Notes: generated by a model not told the origin, from the letters alone. 64,000 bases of DNA from an uncultured bacterium (GCA_963977015.1 CAXBMO010000002.1:224001-288000), one strand, 5' to 3'; positions 46,726-57,252 are shown, counted from the stretch's first letter. Made by a program: numbers and translations.

Positions 46726-48145
46726 CCCGGCTTTCGAGCTAGCCAGGGGAATCCGCGAACGAGCGTCCTCGCCCGAGCCCCACGAACGTGCGTGGAAGGG
46801 TGCCACAGGATCGTCAACGCCCGAACAACTGGGACAAGCGGCCTATCGGATCGTCGCCAAGCTTCAGCAACAAGGTCACACCGCGTTCCTCGCCGGAGGC
46901 TGCGTTCGGGACAAGATGCTGCATCGCGCACCAAAGGACTACGATATCGCAACCAATGCGCGCCCCCGCCAGATTCGGCAGCTTTTTGACTCAGCCGGCT
47001 ACGTTGGGGCTCACTTCGGAGTCGTCCTCGTTCGAGAACCGGAAGGCGTCTTCGAAATTGCGACCTTTCGAACCGACGGGATCTACCTGGATGGTCGGCA
47101 TCCCCGGGACGTGCGCTACTCCGATGCGGAAGGCGACTCCCAGCGTCGTGACTTCACCATCAATGGCCTGTTCTTCAATCCAACGACGAATGAACTGATC
47201 GATTACGTTGGTGGCTGTGAGGATTTACAGAGCCAGGTTATTCGAGCCATCGGCGATCCTTCGGAACGCTTTATGGAGGACCATCTGCGATTAATGCGGG
47301 CGGTCCGATTTGCCGAAGTTCTCAACTTCGAAATTGAGCCCATGACGTTGGCTGCCATCAAGACCGCGGCTCACAGCATTCGCCAAATTTCGGTCGAACG
47401 CATTCGCGACGAACTCATCCAGATTCTCGAACATCCCAACCGAATCCGCGGATTTGATCTCTTGGTTGGCACCGGACTTCTCTCTGAAATTCTGCCCGAA
47501 GTCGCGGACCTGATGGGTTGCCAACAACCGCCGGAGTTCCATCCGGAAGGGGACGTTTTCGTGCACACGCGCATGATGCTCGGCCTCCTGGAGGACGACG
47601 CACCGCTTCCGTTGATTCTTTCGGTGCTGTTTCACGACATCGCCAAGCCAGCGACGTATTCCTACGACGAGGCGGCCGGTCGCATTCGCTTCAATGGCCA
47701 TGCCGAAAAAGGTGCCGAAATGACGACGCGGATTCTCAAGCGCTTCCGTTTCTCCAACGAGGTGATTGATGCCACCGTTGAGGCGGTCGCCAACCACATG
47801 AAGTTCAAGGACGTGCAAAAAATGCGCGTTTCAACGCTCAAGCGCTTCATGGCCTCCCCCACGTTTGATCAACAGCTGGAACTGCATCGCGTGGATAGCC
47901 TGGGGAGCAATGGCAACCTGGAGAACTACCAGTTTGTCTGCCAAAAGCTCGAAGAATTTGGCAACGAACCGCTCATTCCGCCGCGACTCCTTTCCGGCCA
48001 AGACCTCATGGCAATGGGCCTCGAGGCAGGACCACGAATTGGCGAAGTGCTCGAAGCTCTGCAAACGGCCCAGCTCGAAGGCCAGCTCACGACACGAGAA
48101 GACGCGTTGCAATGGCTGGGCAAAGAGTATGGACTGGCTTCCTAG
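46697..48145 (+). CDS. CCA tRNA nucleotidyltransferase with HD domain
   Basis: Motifs AGGCVRD, KDYDIAT, RRDFTING, EDHLRLMR, HPEGDV and FHDIAK. The true start may be downstream. Confidence 0.9.
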   Translation: MSDEYKFPDDPAFELARGIRERASSPEPHERAWKGATGSSTPEQLGQAAYRIVAKLQQQGHTAFLAGGCVRDKMLHRAPKDYDIATNARPRQIRQLFDSAGYVGAHFGVVLVREPEGVFEIATFRTDGIYLDGRHPRDVRYSDAEGDSQRRDFTINGLFFNPTTNELIDYVGGCEDLQSQVIRAIGDPSERFMEDHLRLMRAVRFAEVLNFEIEPMTLAAIKTAAHSIRQISVERIRDELIQILEHPNRIRGFDLLVGTGLLSEILPEVADLMGCQQPPEFHPEGDVFVHTRMMLGLLEDDAPLPLILSVLFHDIAKPATYSYDEAAGRIRFNGHAEKGAEMTTRILKRFRFSNEVIDATVEAVANHMKFKDVQKMRVSTLKRFMASPTFDQQLELHRVDSLGSNGNLENYQFVCQKLEEFGNEPLIPPRLLSGQDLMAMGLEAGPRIGEVLEALQTAQLEGQLTTREDALQWLGKEYGLAS

Positions 48146-48167
48146 ATTCGTCGGATGCCTCTAAAGT

Positions 48168-50909
48168 CTAAAGCGTTTTGACGGCTTCGTCACATCGCTC
48201 ACAAAGCTCCTCACTTGCCAGGGGCAGACTCCGGCGACAACGCGGACATTCTTTGTGCTCGGTCTCGGCGACCGTCACAACCGGTTCCGCTGACTTTCCT
48301 GCTTTGAGTGTGAAGTCGGAGAGCATCAGAAACTCAAGCGCGTCTTCGCGTTGCTCGGAAAGCAGTTTGTAGGCGGGGTCAGACTCCGCCAGTTCCACGA
48401 CGATCGCGGCGCGTTCCCGCTTTTTGAACGCTCCGGCCTTGATTGCCTCATCAATCTTCATCTGTGCGGCATCGCGGATGCGAAGAAGCTGGCCAATGGC
48501 CTCGATCCCGTCTTCCGCAGCGAAATCCGGGTTGGGTTCAGGGAAGCTTTCGAGGTGAATCGAGCGCTGGTTTCCAGCGAATTCCCAGGCCTCGTCCGCC
48601 GTGTAGGCAAGAATCGGAGCAACCAACTTGGCGAACGTTTCGAAGATTTGATGCATCGCGGTCTGGGTTGCCCGGCGTCGCGTCGCCCCCGGCTGATCGC
48701 AATACATCCGGTCCTTGGTCACGTCGATATAGAGCGCGCTCAGATCAACGGCACAAAACTGGTTCAGCTCGCCAAACACCTTTCGAAACTCATACTCTTT
48801 ATAGGCGGCCAGACATTGCGTGGTTACCTGATGAAGACGCTCAAGAATCCAGCGATCGATCAGCGTCATTTGATCCGGCGAAACCGCATCCTTCTTCGCA
48901 TCAAAATCAAACAGGTTCGCCTGAAGAATCCGCAGGCTATTGCGAATGCGGCGATAGGGTTCCGCAGTTTGCTTGAAGAGATCTTCACCAAACGGAACTT
49001 CATTTTGCCAATCCACACTCGAAACCCAGAGCCGCAAAATATCCGCGCCGTATTTGTCGTAAAAATACTTCGCATCGACCGGTTTCCCACCTTTGTCGGC
49101 AGACTTGGAGAGCTTCTTTTTATCCTGATCGACGACAAACCCGTGGGTCATTACTGTTTTGTAGGGAGCCGATCCCCGATAAGCAACGCTGAGCATCAGT
49201 GAACTCTGAAACCAGCCCCGGTGCTGGTCCGTTGCCTCGAGATACAAATCAGCCGGGGCCGAAAGTTCCGGATGAGAATCGAGAACGGCGACATGGCTCG
49301 ATCCCGAATCAATCCAGACATCCAGAGTATCGGTTCCGCGCTTCGCTCCTGTGGGAAGATCCAACTCTTTCACCCACGTCTCATCGTCCCATTCAAACCA
49401 GACGTTGGTTCCCTTGTCCTGAACGATGTCGGCAACCTTGCGGGCAATCTCCGCCCCCATCAACACCGAGCCGTCCGGCAAATGAAAGACGGGAAGTGGA
49501 ACCCCCCACGTTCTCTGTCGGCTGATACACCAGTCCGGGCGAGCCTCAACCGTTCCATAGATGCGATTTCGGCCCCAATGCGGCAACCATTCCACCTCGT
49601 CGATTTCCTTGAGCGCAGATTCCCGAAGGTCATCGATCTTGATGAAAAACTGCTCAACGCTGCGAAAAATGATTGGCGTCTTGGATCTCCAACAGTGCGG
49701 ATAGCTGTGCTCATAAACTTCGCGGCCGATCAGATGCCCCGATTCATCGAGCAACTCGACAATCTCGTTGTTCGCTTTGAGAACATGCTTCCCAACGAGC
49801 TGGTCGAGCCCAACTTCCTCCGTAAACTTGCCGTCGTCGTCCACCGGCGAAAGAAGCCCCAGGCCAGCCTGCTGACCGGCCGCATAGTCAATCGCACCGT
49901 GTCCCGGCGCAATGTGGACCGCGCCCGTTCCGGTTGTGTCTTCAACAAAATCTCCTGCGATGACTTTGGACTGTCGATCCAGGAAGGGATGTTGCGCCTC
50001 GCTGCCTTCGAATTCCGCACCTTTGATCTCTTCACTCGGCTGCGACTGATCCAGCTCAAAACCCGTCTTCTCAAGAATCTGGCCAAGCAGTGGTTTTGCG
50101 ATGACGAGATTCTCGGTGCGGCCATCCGCGTTTCTGAAGTGTCCCCGGACGTAGTCAAACCGAGGATGCAGCGCGATTCCAAGGTTCGCAGGAAGTGTCC
50201 ACGGAGTGGTCGTCCAGATCACCAATGAAGTTTCCCCGGCAAGCTTGCCTTTCGTAACCGGGAACTTCACAAAGATCGCGGTGTCCTTCACATCTTCGTA
50301 TTCCACCTCCGCTTCGGCCAACGCCGTCTTTGCCCCAAACGACCAGGAAACGGGCTTCTTGGATTGATAAACCAACCCCTTCTCCACCAGCTTCGCAAAA
50401 ACCCGAATCACATCCGCCTCATACTCAGGGCTGAGCGTTAGGTAGGGATGCTCCCAATCTCCGAAAACGCCCAAACGGCGAAAACTGCTTTTCTGGATAT
50501 CGATGTATTTTCGGGCAAACTCTTCCGCTCGAGTGCGGATCTGGGCTGGCTCTAGTCCCTTGGCCTCTTTGACGACCTTGAACTCAATCGGCAAACCGTG
50601 GCAATCCCATCCCGGAATGTAGGGAGTTCGAAACCCCGCCATGGTCTTGCTCTTCACCACCAAATCCTTGAGCACCTTGTTCAGTGCCGTCCCCATGTGC
50701 ACATCCCCATTCGCAAACGGAGGACCATCATGAAGCAAAAACACCGGAGCGCTTTCATCTTTGCGCTGTGCGTCAATTTGCTGATACAAATTGGACTCCT
50801 CCCAAGATTTCAGGCGCTCGGGCTCTCGTTTCACCAAATCTCCACGCATCGGGAAATCCGTTTGTGGAAGATTGAGAGTCGATTTGTAGTTTTTCGGCGT
50901 TTCGCTCAT
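48168..50909 (-). CDS. ileS: Isoleucine--tRNA ligase (type 1)
   Basis: LHDGPPFANG, GWDCHGLPIE, IWTTTPWTLP, DWCISRQR, DQHRGWF, KLSKS and a C-terminal CxxC...CxxC zinc finger. Confidence 0.97.
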   Translation of the reverse strand: MSETPKNYKSTLNLPQTDFPMRGDLVKREPERLKSWEESNLYQQIDAQRKDESAPVFLLHDGPPFANGDVHMGTALNKVLKDLVVKSKTMAGFRTPYIPGWDCHGLPIEFKVVKEAKGLEPAQIRTRAEEFARKYIDIQKSSFRRLGVFGDWEHPYLTLSPEYEADVIRVFAKLVEKGLVYQSKKPVSWSFGAKTALAEAEVEYEDVKDTAIFVKFPVTKGKLAGETSLVIWTTTPWTLPANLGIALHPRFDYVRGHFRNADGRTENLVIAKPLLGQILEKTGFELDQSQPSEEIKGAEFEGSEAQHPFLDRQSKVIAGDFVEDTTGTGAVHIAPGHGAIDYAAGQQAGLGLLSPVDDDGKFTEEVGLDQLVGKHVLKANNEIVELLDESGHLIGREVYEHSYPHCWRSKTPIIFRSVEQFFIKIDDLRESALKEIDEVEWLPHWGRNRIYGTVEARPDWCISRQRTWGVPLPVFHLPDGSVLMGAEIARKVADIVQDKGTNVWFEWDDETWVKELDLPTGAKRGTDTLDVWIDSGSSHVAVLDSHPELSAPADLYLEATDQHRGWFQSSLMLSVAYRGSAPYKTVMTHGFVVDQDKKKLSKSADKGGKPVDAKYFYDKYGADILRLWVSSVDWQNEVPFGEDLFKQTAEPYRRIRNSLRILQANLFDFDAKKDAVSPDQMTLIDRWILERLHQVTTQCLAAYKEYEFRKVFGELNQFCAVDLSALYIDVTKDRMYCDQPGATRRRATQTAMHQIFETFAKLVAPILAYTADEAWEFAGNQRSIHLESFPEPNPDFAAEDGIEAIGQLLRIRDAAQMKIDEAIKAGAFKKRERAAIVVELAESDPAYKLLSEQREDALEFLMLSDFTLKAGKSAEPVVTVAETEHKECPRCRRSLPLASEELCERCDEAVKTL

Positions 50910-51162
50910 TTCAGGCAAATTCAGGGGATGGCTCCAAAGGGCGCGGAACCTAGCACCCTCACCTGCATGCGGCAACCAGCGGATTGGGGCAGGAACCAGA
51001 ACTTTGCTCGCTCAAATTCATGCTTTTGAGCGGTTTCGTGGAGGAGAGATCGGTGCAGAAGATCGTAGGTATTTAAGATACCAAGACATTCATAGAAACT
51101 AATTGATTATAATTTTTATATATTTTATATTTCGAAAATATATTTATCCACGAAACCCGGAT

Positions 51163-52617
51163 ATGATGCCAAACTCCTTCGCTCACTTTTTCTTTTTCAG
51201 CTTCATTGCAGTTGCGCCAGTTTTTGCAGCCTCGGAGGAAGACTCCGCTGCAAGCGACAACGGAACATCCGCCCCCAAGAAATACATCGTCGCCAAACCC
51301 ATTTCATTGCGGGTGGTCGCCAAACCAATCTCCATCACAGGCAGTGTCGAAACGGAAGCATCAAAAGACTCGGTCGATTCTCCAGAAGTTGAGAACGAAT
51401 CTGCAGCCAGCCCAACCAAGCTGAAGGCAACTCCAGTCGAAGCGGCCGCACCCCAGCCATCGAAAGAAAGTCCGAAGCAAGTTCCGTCTGAAAAAACGGA
51501 ATCCGACTTCAATGAAGTCGAAAAGCAAAAGAGTTACTTACGTGCTGCGATTTCCAATACCTCATTCAAGCCCGAGGTCACTGAGCCCGAGGTCACTGAG
51601 CCCGAGGTCACTGAGCCCGAGGTCAATGAGCCAGAGGTCAATGAGCCCGAGGTCAATGAGCCGAGCCCCCCGAAACCACTTTTTGAAGTTTCAGGAATCG
51701 CCACACCAGCTAGTTATGTCGCTCCTTCCCGCTCCTCATGGAGAGACCGTTACGAACTTGGACCGGGCGATGAACTCAATTTTGGCCTTCATGGTAAGCC
51801 AACTCTTAAAAAACTGGCAGTTGCGGTAGCTCCCGACGGCACAATCAGCTATCTCCAAGCCAAACAAATCGACGTAAGAGGCAAGACGATCGATGAACTT
51901 CGGCACCAACTGAACGCGATCCTTGCCGACTACCATCGAAACGCTCGCGTCATCATCACTCCCTCCAAATTAGGGAGCAAGCAGTACACCGTACTCGGTG
52001 AAGTCAGAAAAAACGGCACCTACTCACTCGACCGCCCCGTGACACTCTTGCAGGCACTGGCTGAAGCTGGTGGTTTCAATCTCGGAAAAAGTGGTGAAGG
52101 CGCGGTTCAACTGGCCGATCTTCGCCGCTCATTTGTTGTTCGAGACGGAAGCAGGATGCCGGTCGATATGGAATCTCTCTACCTCGCAGGAGACATGACG
52201 CAAAACGTTCATGTTGAACCCGGCGATTATATCTACGTTGCATCCAAACTTCGGAACGAAGTTTATGTCTTCGGTTCCGTCAATACGCCGGGAGTCAAAG
52301 CAATTGAATCCAGGATGACGACGCTTGGAGCGATCGCCGCAGCAGAAGGATTCAGCAGTCAGGCATGGCGAGATCGCGTGCTTATCATTCGTGGGAAAAT
52401 GGATGATCCGGAAACAATCGTGATGCCGCTGAACAAGGTATTGCATGGCAAGTCCCACGATATTGAAATCCTGCCCGGAGATATCGTCTATGTTCACAAC
52501 CGCCCTTGGGCCTATGCCACGAAGATTCTCGACGCAGCGATCTTGGCCTATATTGATGGCTCGTTCGCCGGGTGGCTCGCAGACGACGGGAATATTGCGG
52601 TTACCGCTGGAAGCTAA
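51163..52617 (+). CDS. Polysaccharide export (OPX/Wza-like) protein with long low-complexity N-terminal region
   Basis: YELGPGD, VAPDGTIS and SLBB repeats (VLGEV..G, VFGSV..PG); signal peptide without an obvious lipobox. Confidence 0.88.
   Translation: MMPNSFAHFFFFSFIAVAPVFAASEEDSAASDNGTSAPKKYIVAKPISLRVVAKPISITGSVETEASKDSVDSPEVENESAASPTKLKATPVEAAAPQPSKESPKQVPSEKTESDFNEVEKQKSYLRAAISNTSFKPEVTEPEVTEPEVTEPEVNEPEVNEPEVNEPSPPKPLFEVSGIATPASYVAPSRSSWRDRYELGPGDELNFGLHGKPTLKKLAVAVAPDGTISYLQAKQIDVRGKTIDELRHQLNAILADYHRNARVIITPSKLGSKQYTVLGEVRKNGTYSLDRPVTLLQALAEAGGFNLGKSGEGAVQLADLRRSFVVRDGSRMPVDMESLYLAGDMTQNVHVEPGDYIYVASKLRNEVYVFGSVNTPGVKAIESRMTTLGAIAAAEGFSSQAWRDRVLIIRGKMDDPETIVMPLNKVLHGKSHDIEILPGDIVYVHNRPWAYATKILDAAILAYIDGSFAGWLADDGNIAVTAGS
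51571..51660 (+). repeat. In-frame 15-bp tandem repeat, 6 copies, encoding PEV(T/N)E
   Basis: CCCGAGGTCACTGAG x3, then CCCGAGGTCAATGAG, CCAGAGGTCAATGAG and CCCGAGGTCAATGAG. Confidence 0.97.
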
Positions 52618-52659
52618 ACCAACCTCGTCATTCCACCGATCAATCTACTCACTACTTCA

Positions 52660-53817
52660 ATGAATTTCAGAGTTCTCATTCGTTGCCTGGTCCTTCTTTC
52701 GCCTCTCGTGGTGACAAGCTGCTCTCTGCTCTCCAACGAAGGCACTGACCAACTGCGTGCCAGCTATGGAGGAACCGCCGAGGAAGCCAAGCTTTCCTTC
52801 ATGAAGCTGGATTCCAGGAATAGGATCTCCCCTTCCGATCTCGTCCCCGAAAATGGCGTCTACCGGGTTGGTGCGGGCGACATGCTGAAGATTGAGGTTG
52901 TCGAAGTCAACAACACGGAAACGACGACCATGGTGATGCCTGATGGCAAGCTTTACTATGATATCGCTCCCGGAATCCATGCGATCGGAAAAACGATCCC
53001 CCAACTGGAAAGGGAACTCGCCAGCGCCCTCAAAGACGTCTACCCGTTACCGATTGTTAATATCAATGCGGTAAGAATTCGAAGCTCCAGTTACTCGGTC
53101 ATGGGCCAGGTCGTCACTCCTGGAGTCTATGAAATCGGTAAGCCGACAACCGTTCTCGATGCAGTCTCCCTTGCCGGCGGCATTCGCAGTTCCGAGGTCG
53201 CCAGCCGCACGCAAAACCTGGCGGATTTGCGGCGCAGCGTTCTGATTCGAAATGGACAAATCATCCCGGTAAACTTCGAGGAACTTATCGAGAAAGGCAA
53301 TATGCGCCACAACGTATACCTCCGGCCCAACGATTACATCTACCTCCCAACGAAAGGGAACGAAAAGGTCTATGTATTGGGTAATGTGCGCCGCCCACAA
53401 GCCGTCCCTTACTCCAGTGAGCTTACCTTCGTGAGAGCCCTTGCATCGGCGGGAGGCCCAGCTCCAAGCACCTATCGCAAAGGTCTTTTGGTTATTCGAG
53501 GCGCAACAACCACATCGCCGCATGTTGCCCCGGTCGATCTGCAATCAGTCCTGAAGGGCGGGACCGCCGATTTCCATCTTCAGCCCGGAGATGTGATCTG
53601 GGTTCCGAAAGCTCCCTGGCAAAAGCTGGCTGAGTATGGATTGGCAGCGGTCGATTCAGCGGTCTCCACAATCGCGATTCAGGAAGCTTCCGACAATGGT
53701 GATAGCAATGGTTCATTGAACTCCACCTCAAGCTCTTCAACGAGCACATCGTCGGGAAGTGATGTTCAGTTAGGAATATCGACCGGCCCAGAATCTGGCG
53801 CGAGCTCGTCGTTGTAA
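52660..53817 (+). CDS. Polysaccharide export (OPX/Wza-like) lipoprotein
   Basis: Lipobox VTSC; YRVGAGD, VMPDG, SLBB repeats and a Ser-rich tail. Confidence 0.9.
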   Translation: MNFRVLIRCLVLLSPLVVTSCSLLSNEGTDQLRASYGGTAEEAKLSFMKLDSRNRISPSDLVPENGVYRVGAGDMLKIEVVEVNNTETTTMVMPDGKLYYDIAPGIHAIGKTIPQLERELASALKDVYPLPIVNINAVRIRSSSYSVMGQVVTPGVYEIGKPTTVLDAVSLAGGIRSSEVASRTQNLADLRRSVLIRNGQIIPVNFEELIEKGNMRHNVYLRPNDYIYLPTKGNEKVYVLGNVRRPQAVPYSSELTFVRALASAGGPAPSTYRKGLLVIRGATTTSPHVAPVDLQSVLKGGTADFHLQPGDVIWVPKAPWQKLAEYGLAAVDSAVSTIAIQEASDNGDSNGSLNSTSSSSTSTSSGSDVQLGISTGPESGASSSL

Positions 53818-53949
53818 GGGAGGAATCAATTGAAGACTGCGCTCGGTCACCGATCGCATATTTAGGCATTCTTTGGTTGCGCCAGCAATGACTTCCGTAA
53901 AGATGCTCATTACAATGCGGGAGACTTTCCAAGGTCACGCATTTCCTCA

Positions 53950-54780
53950 ATGACGTCGACGGATACACCATCAATTTCAGTCATCTGCACGGTTCGGAAT
54001 GGAGCGTTGACGTTGGAGGAAACGTTTCGCAGCATCCTTGAGCAGACTCTTGAGGACTTGGAATTGATCGTTGTTGATGATGGATCTACTGACAATAGCC
54101 TGGATCTCATCAACGAAATCGCGGTTCGTGATTCAAGGGTCAGACTTATTGAAGCCGGCGCCGTTGGAAGAGGTAGTGCGCTGAATCTCGGGATCAATGC
54201 TTCGAAAGGTGAGCTCATTGCGATCATCGACGTCGATGATCCCAGCCATCCCAAGCGACTTGAGCTTCAACGCCAAATCATGAACGAACACGAGGATGTG
54301 GTACTGCTTTGCACTGGAATCGTCTTCGTCCATGGAGACGGTGCCCCGGAATGGCCTTCGATGGAGTTTTCGACTCCATCCAATCAACTCTTGATTGATG
54401 TAACTCAAACGATCATGAGGCGGAACCCCATTTGCCATTCTTCGGTTCTGATGCGTAAGCAGCCGCTGCTGGATCTTGGAGCTTATGATGAATCACGCCA
54501 AAGCAAGTTTGATTACGATCTTTGGGTGCGATTTGTGGAAGCCGGACATAAGCTTCATCGACTGGATTACTTACTGGCTTCCAAACGCTTTCACGAGTCC
54601 CAATCGTTCGATAACAATCCATCTTTTGTCCTCGAAACTGCACCCGTGCAGATCCGTGCAATCCGGATTCTCGGTGGCAATTGGAAAGACTGGCTCAGCG
54701 TGGGAGCAAGAGCAGCATGGTATCTCCTCCCTGCAAAACTGCGCTGGGCGCGACACAGAGGCGGGAACGCGACAAGATAG
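53950..54780 (+). CDS. Glycosyltransferase family 2
   Basis: Motifs ISVI, IVVDDGSTD, ALNLG, IDVDD and DYDLW. Confidence 0.92.
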   Translation: MTSTDTPSISVICTVRNGALTLEETFRSILEQTLEDLELIVVDDGSTDNSLDLINEIAVRDSRVRLIEAGAVGRGSALNLGINASKGELIAIIDVDDPSHPKRLELQRQIMNEHEDVVLLCTGIVFVHGDGAPEWPSMEFSTPSNQLLIDVTQTIMRRNPICHSSVLMRKQPLLDLGAYDESRQSKFDYDLWVRFVEAGHKLHRLDYLLASKRFHESQSFDNNPSFVLETAPVQIRAIRILGGNWKDWLSVGARAAWYLLPAKLRWARHRGGNATR

Positions 54781-55926
54781 CTACTTATTTTGTGGAGGCT
54801 CGAGAACCGCCTGATAGAGACTCAGATATTTCTGATACATCACTTGAAAGGTGAAGTTCTTTTCGTAACGCGCCCTCCCCTGTTTACCCATTCTTTTTCG
54901 CAGCTTGGGATCATCGATAAGCTCCCGAAGAGCATCTACAAGTCCATTCAAATCCCCTTTCTTTACTACTCGCCCCGTCTCTCCATCTACGACGGCCTCG
55001 TTGCAGCCTCCCACGTCGGACGTAACGACAGGCAAGCCGGAACGCATCGCCTCCAAAATACTCCTGGGGAATCCCTCCCAGTTCGAGATCAACAGAAAGA
55101 CATCACAATCCCTGAGTTCATCATCCACGTTGCTGGAATACCCTACAAACTCGACCCGCTGTTCAATTTGCAAAGACATTGCAAGGTCCATGCACACTTC
55201 TCTCGATGGACCGTCACCAACGAATTTCAGTTTCCAATTGGACTCTTTCAACTCAGCCATGGCCCGCAGCAGAAGAGTTTGATCCTTCTGCTCTTCAAAC
55301 CGCCCAACCATCACCAACCTTATCGGATTATCCGACTGCTCGTCACCAGTTTTAAGTAGTTGGGCGGTGTCCGAATCAGTAACTCCGTTGTGAACAAAAA
55401 CCGTCTGGTCCGAGTTCCCGACTCTCCGAGCAAGGCCAAACTCTCGCTCCTGCTGACAGACTGCAATGATTCGTCTCGCAAATGGCGCAAGGAGACGCTC
55501 CGCCACTTCGTAAACTTTCGCATTCGGGAACCCCTCAACAAACGACCAGCAGTGAGGAGTGTAGAGAACCGGTATCCCCATCCCTAGACATGCCACCCTG
55601 GCAATCGCCCCTCCCTTGGATGCATGCGCTGAGACAATGTCAGGAGCAAACTTCGCCACGGCATTCCTGATTGCAGCCATAGCCTCCAAGTCCTTCAAAG
55701 GATTGATGGACCGTCCCATTGCGTTGACACACTCGAAGTCCAATTCTTTCTCAGCAAACCGAGCAGGAACCTCCATCTCTGAGGAGCCTCCCACCATCAC
55801 TTTGACCTGGTGGCCGTCGTCCATCAATTGGCGGGCCATATCCCGAACGTGTAAGGAAGCTCCCCCAAAGGAGTCTCCCCGAGCCGAAACAAACAAAATA
55901 CGCATCTTCTCCTTTTCTTGAACCAT
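54781..55926 (-). CDS. Glycosyltransferase family 4
   Basis: Motifs GGA, HASKGG, YTPH, VGRFEEQKD and EGFPRSILEAM. Confidence 0.93.
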   Translation of the reverse strand: MVQEKEKMRILFVSARGDSFGGASLHVRDMARQLMDDGHQVKVMVGGSSEMEVPARFAEKELDFECVNAMGRSINPLKDLEAMAAIRNAVAKFAPDIVSAHASKGGAIARVACLGMGIPVLYTPHCWSFVEGFPNAKVYEVAERLLAPFARRIIAVCQQEREFGLARRVGNSDQTVFVHNGVTDSDTAQLLKTGDEQSDNPIRLVMVGRFEEQKDQTLLLRAMAELKESNWKLKFVGDGPSREVCMDLAMSLQIEQRVEFVGYSSNVDDELRDCDVFLLISNWEGFPRSILEAMRSGLPVVTSDVGGCNEAVVDGETGRVVKKGDLNGLVDALRELIDDPKLRKRMGKQGRARYEKNFTFQVMYQKYLSLYQAVLEPPQNK

Positions 55927-55947
55927 TTGAATTCCCGATGATCTTCC

Positions 55948-57249
55948 CTAACCCACCTGCGCCTTCGCTCCCAACCCCAAGGTATCGGTAATCACCGCCG
56001 GAAGATATACCAACCACAGCGCGGCAATGGTCGTCGGACCAAAGCTATCACTCAGCTGGTTGCAAACGACATAAACCGAGGCTGAAACATAACAAGCCCA
56101 TATCCTTCGATCGACCACCGAATCACGGCCGGAGAGAACGAGGAGTGATTTAACCGCGCATCTCCAAAAAATCCGGAGGCACAAAATCACGACGGCAATT
56201 GCTCCAAAAATCCCGATTCCCCGGAAGTAATCCAAAACCAGGTTGTGTGAGTGCGAGATTCCAAGAATCATCTCTCCTGCTCCAGCACCTATCAACCAAT
56301 GCTCTTTCCCCAATCGAATGGCTTCCTCCCAGAGAACTTGTCGTGATTGAATCGAATAGTAGTTTTCAACTCCCCCCGTAAAGATCATTCGAAGCTTTTC
56401 CGCCAGAACCGGATCGATCGCCCCGACAACAGCAAGGCCAAACAACCGCACCCCCAAAATCAAACCCCCAATCCCAATCAGAAAAGCGACCCGTTTCGTC
56501 AGACTCAATGATCTGAAGTTCACGAGAAAGAGAAACAACAAACCTGTCGCACCACCAACAAACAGGGCGGTTTTCGAACCGGTTCTCAGCAGTAAATAGA
56601 ACAGTATCAAAAAGGCACCAATGAGCCCGACCATCGTTCGCTTGCGTCTTGCCACCGAAATTTCGCAAAGAACGAGCGGGATGAGGGAAGCCAAAACGAC
56701 CGAATGTTGGTTTGCATTTTCAAAACCCCCATGAAATCGGTGGGCCCCGAAAAAGTAATCCCTCAGACCAACACTGGAGAGAATGAGAAACAGGCCGGTA
56801 AGGATGAGTCCGGTCCAAAGATGGACTCTGGGAATCTGAAACAACCGCTGGGGAGATTGACTCTGAAGCGCTAGGAGCTGAACCAAGAGAAGAAATGGGA
56901 GGACACAAGGGAAGAGGATCCGAAAGATCCGAAAAGGCTCCGAACTATTCAGTAGCGAAAAAATACTCAACATCGCCATCAGAGCCAATGCACAGAGTTC
57001 CACACTGAGACGGTCCACCACCTTGAGAAACTCTGTTCGTGAAATCCGAATTACAAAAAACCCAATGCAGAACGTCATCGCAAGAACCGACGAGAGTGCC
57101 ACGTTCGCTCCCAGAGTCAGCGGCTTGGCGAGCCAGCAACTGAAAATATAGAGATAGAGAGGGACGCAAACCAAGGCCATGACCTGGCTGGGCAACTTAA
57201 GCTGAAGGGCGCCCCATTGCGGCACTGAAAGTTGAGTCTCTCGCATCAC
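55948..57249 (-). CDS. O-antigen ligase / Wzy-like polymerase family membrane protein
   Basis: Multiple TM helices; TGSKTA, R..LW..A, IGAGAG and HSHN motifs. Confidence 0.8.
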   Translation of the reverse strand: MMRETQLSVPQWGALQLKLPSQVMALVCVPLYLYIFSCWLAKPLTLGANVALSSVLAMTFCIGFFVIRISRTEFLKVVDRLSVELCALALMAMLSIFSLLNSSEPFRIFRILFPCVLPFLLLVQLLALQSQSPQRLFQIPRVHLWTGLILTGLFLILSSVGLRDYFFGAHRFHGGFENANQHSVVLASLIPLVLCEISVARRKRTMVGLIGAFLILFYLLLRTGSKTALFVGGATGLLFLFLVNFRSLSLTKRVAFLIGIGGLILGVRLFGLAVVGAIDPVLAEKLRMIFTGGVENYYSIQSRQVLWEEAIRLGKEHWLIGAGAGEMILGISHSHNLVLDYFRGIGIFGAIAVVILCLRIFWRCAVKSLLVLSGRDSVVDRRIWACYVSASVYVVCNQLSDSFGPTTIAALWLVYLPAVITDTLGLGAKAQVG

Positions 57250-57252
57250 ACT

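Noticed and set aside
50910..51100. T-box riboswitch upstream of ileS
   Set aside because: I saw no T-box consensus, specifier loop or terminator/antiterminator.
51571..51660. Tandem repeat as a CRISPR array
   Set aside because: The 15-bp units are contiguous with no spacers, are in frame inside a CDS, and no cas genes are present.
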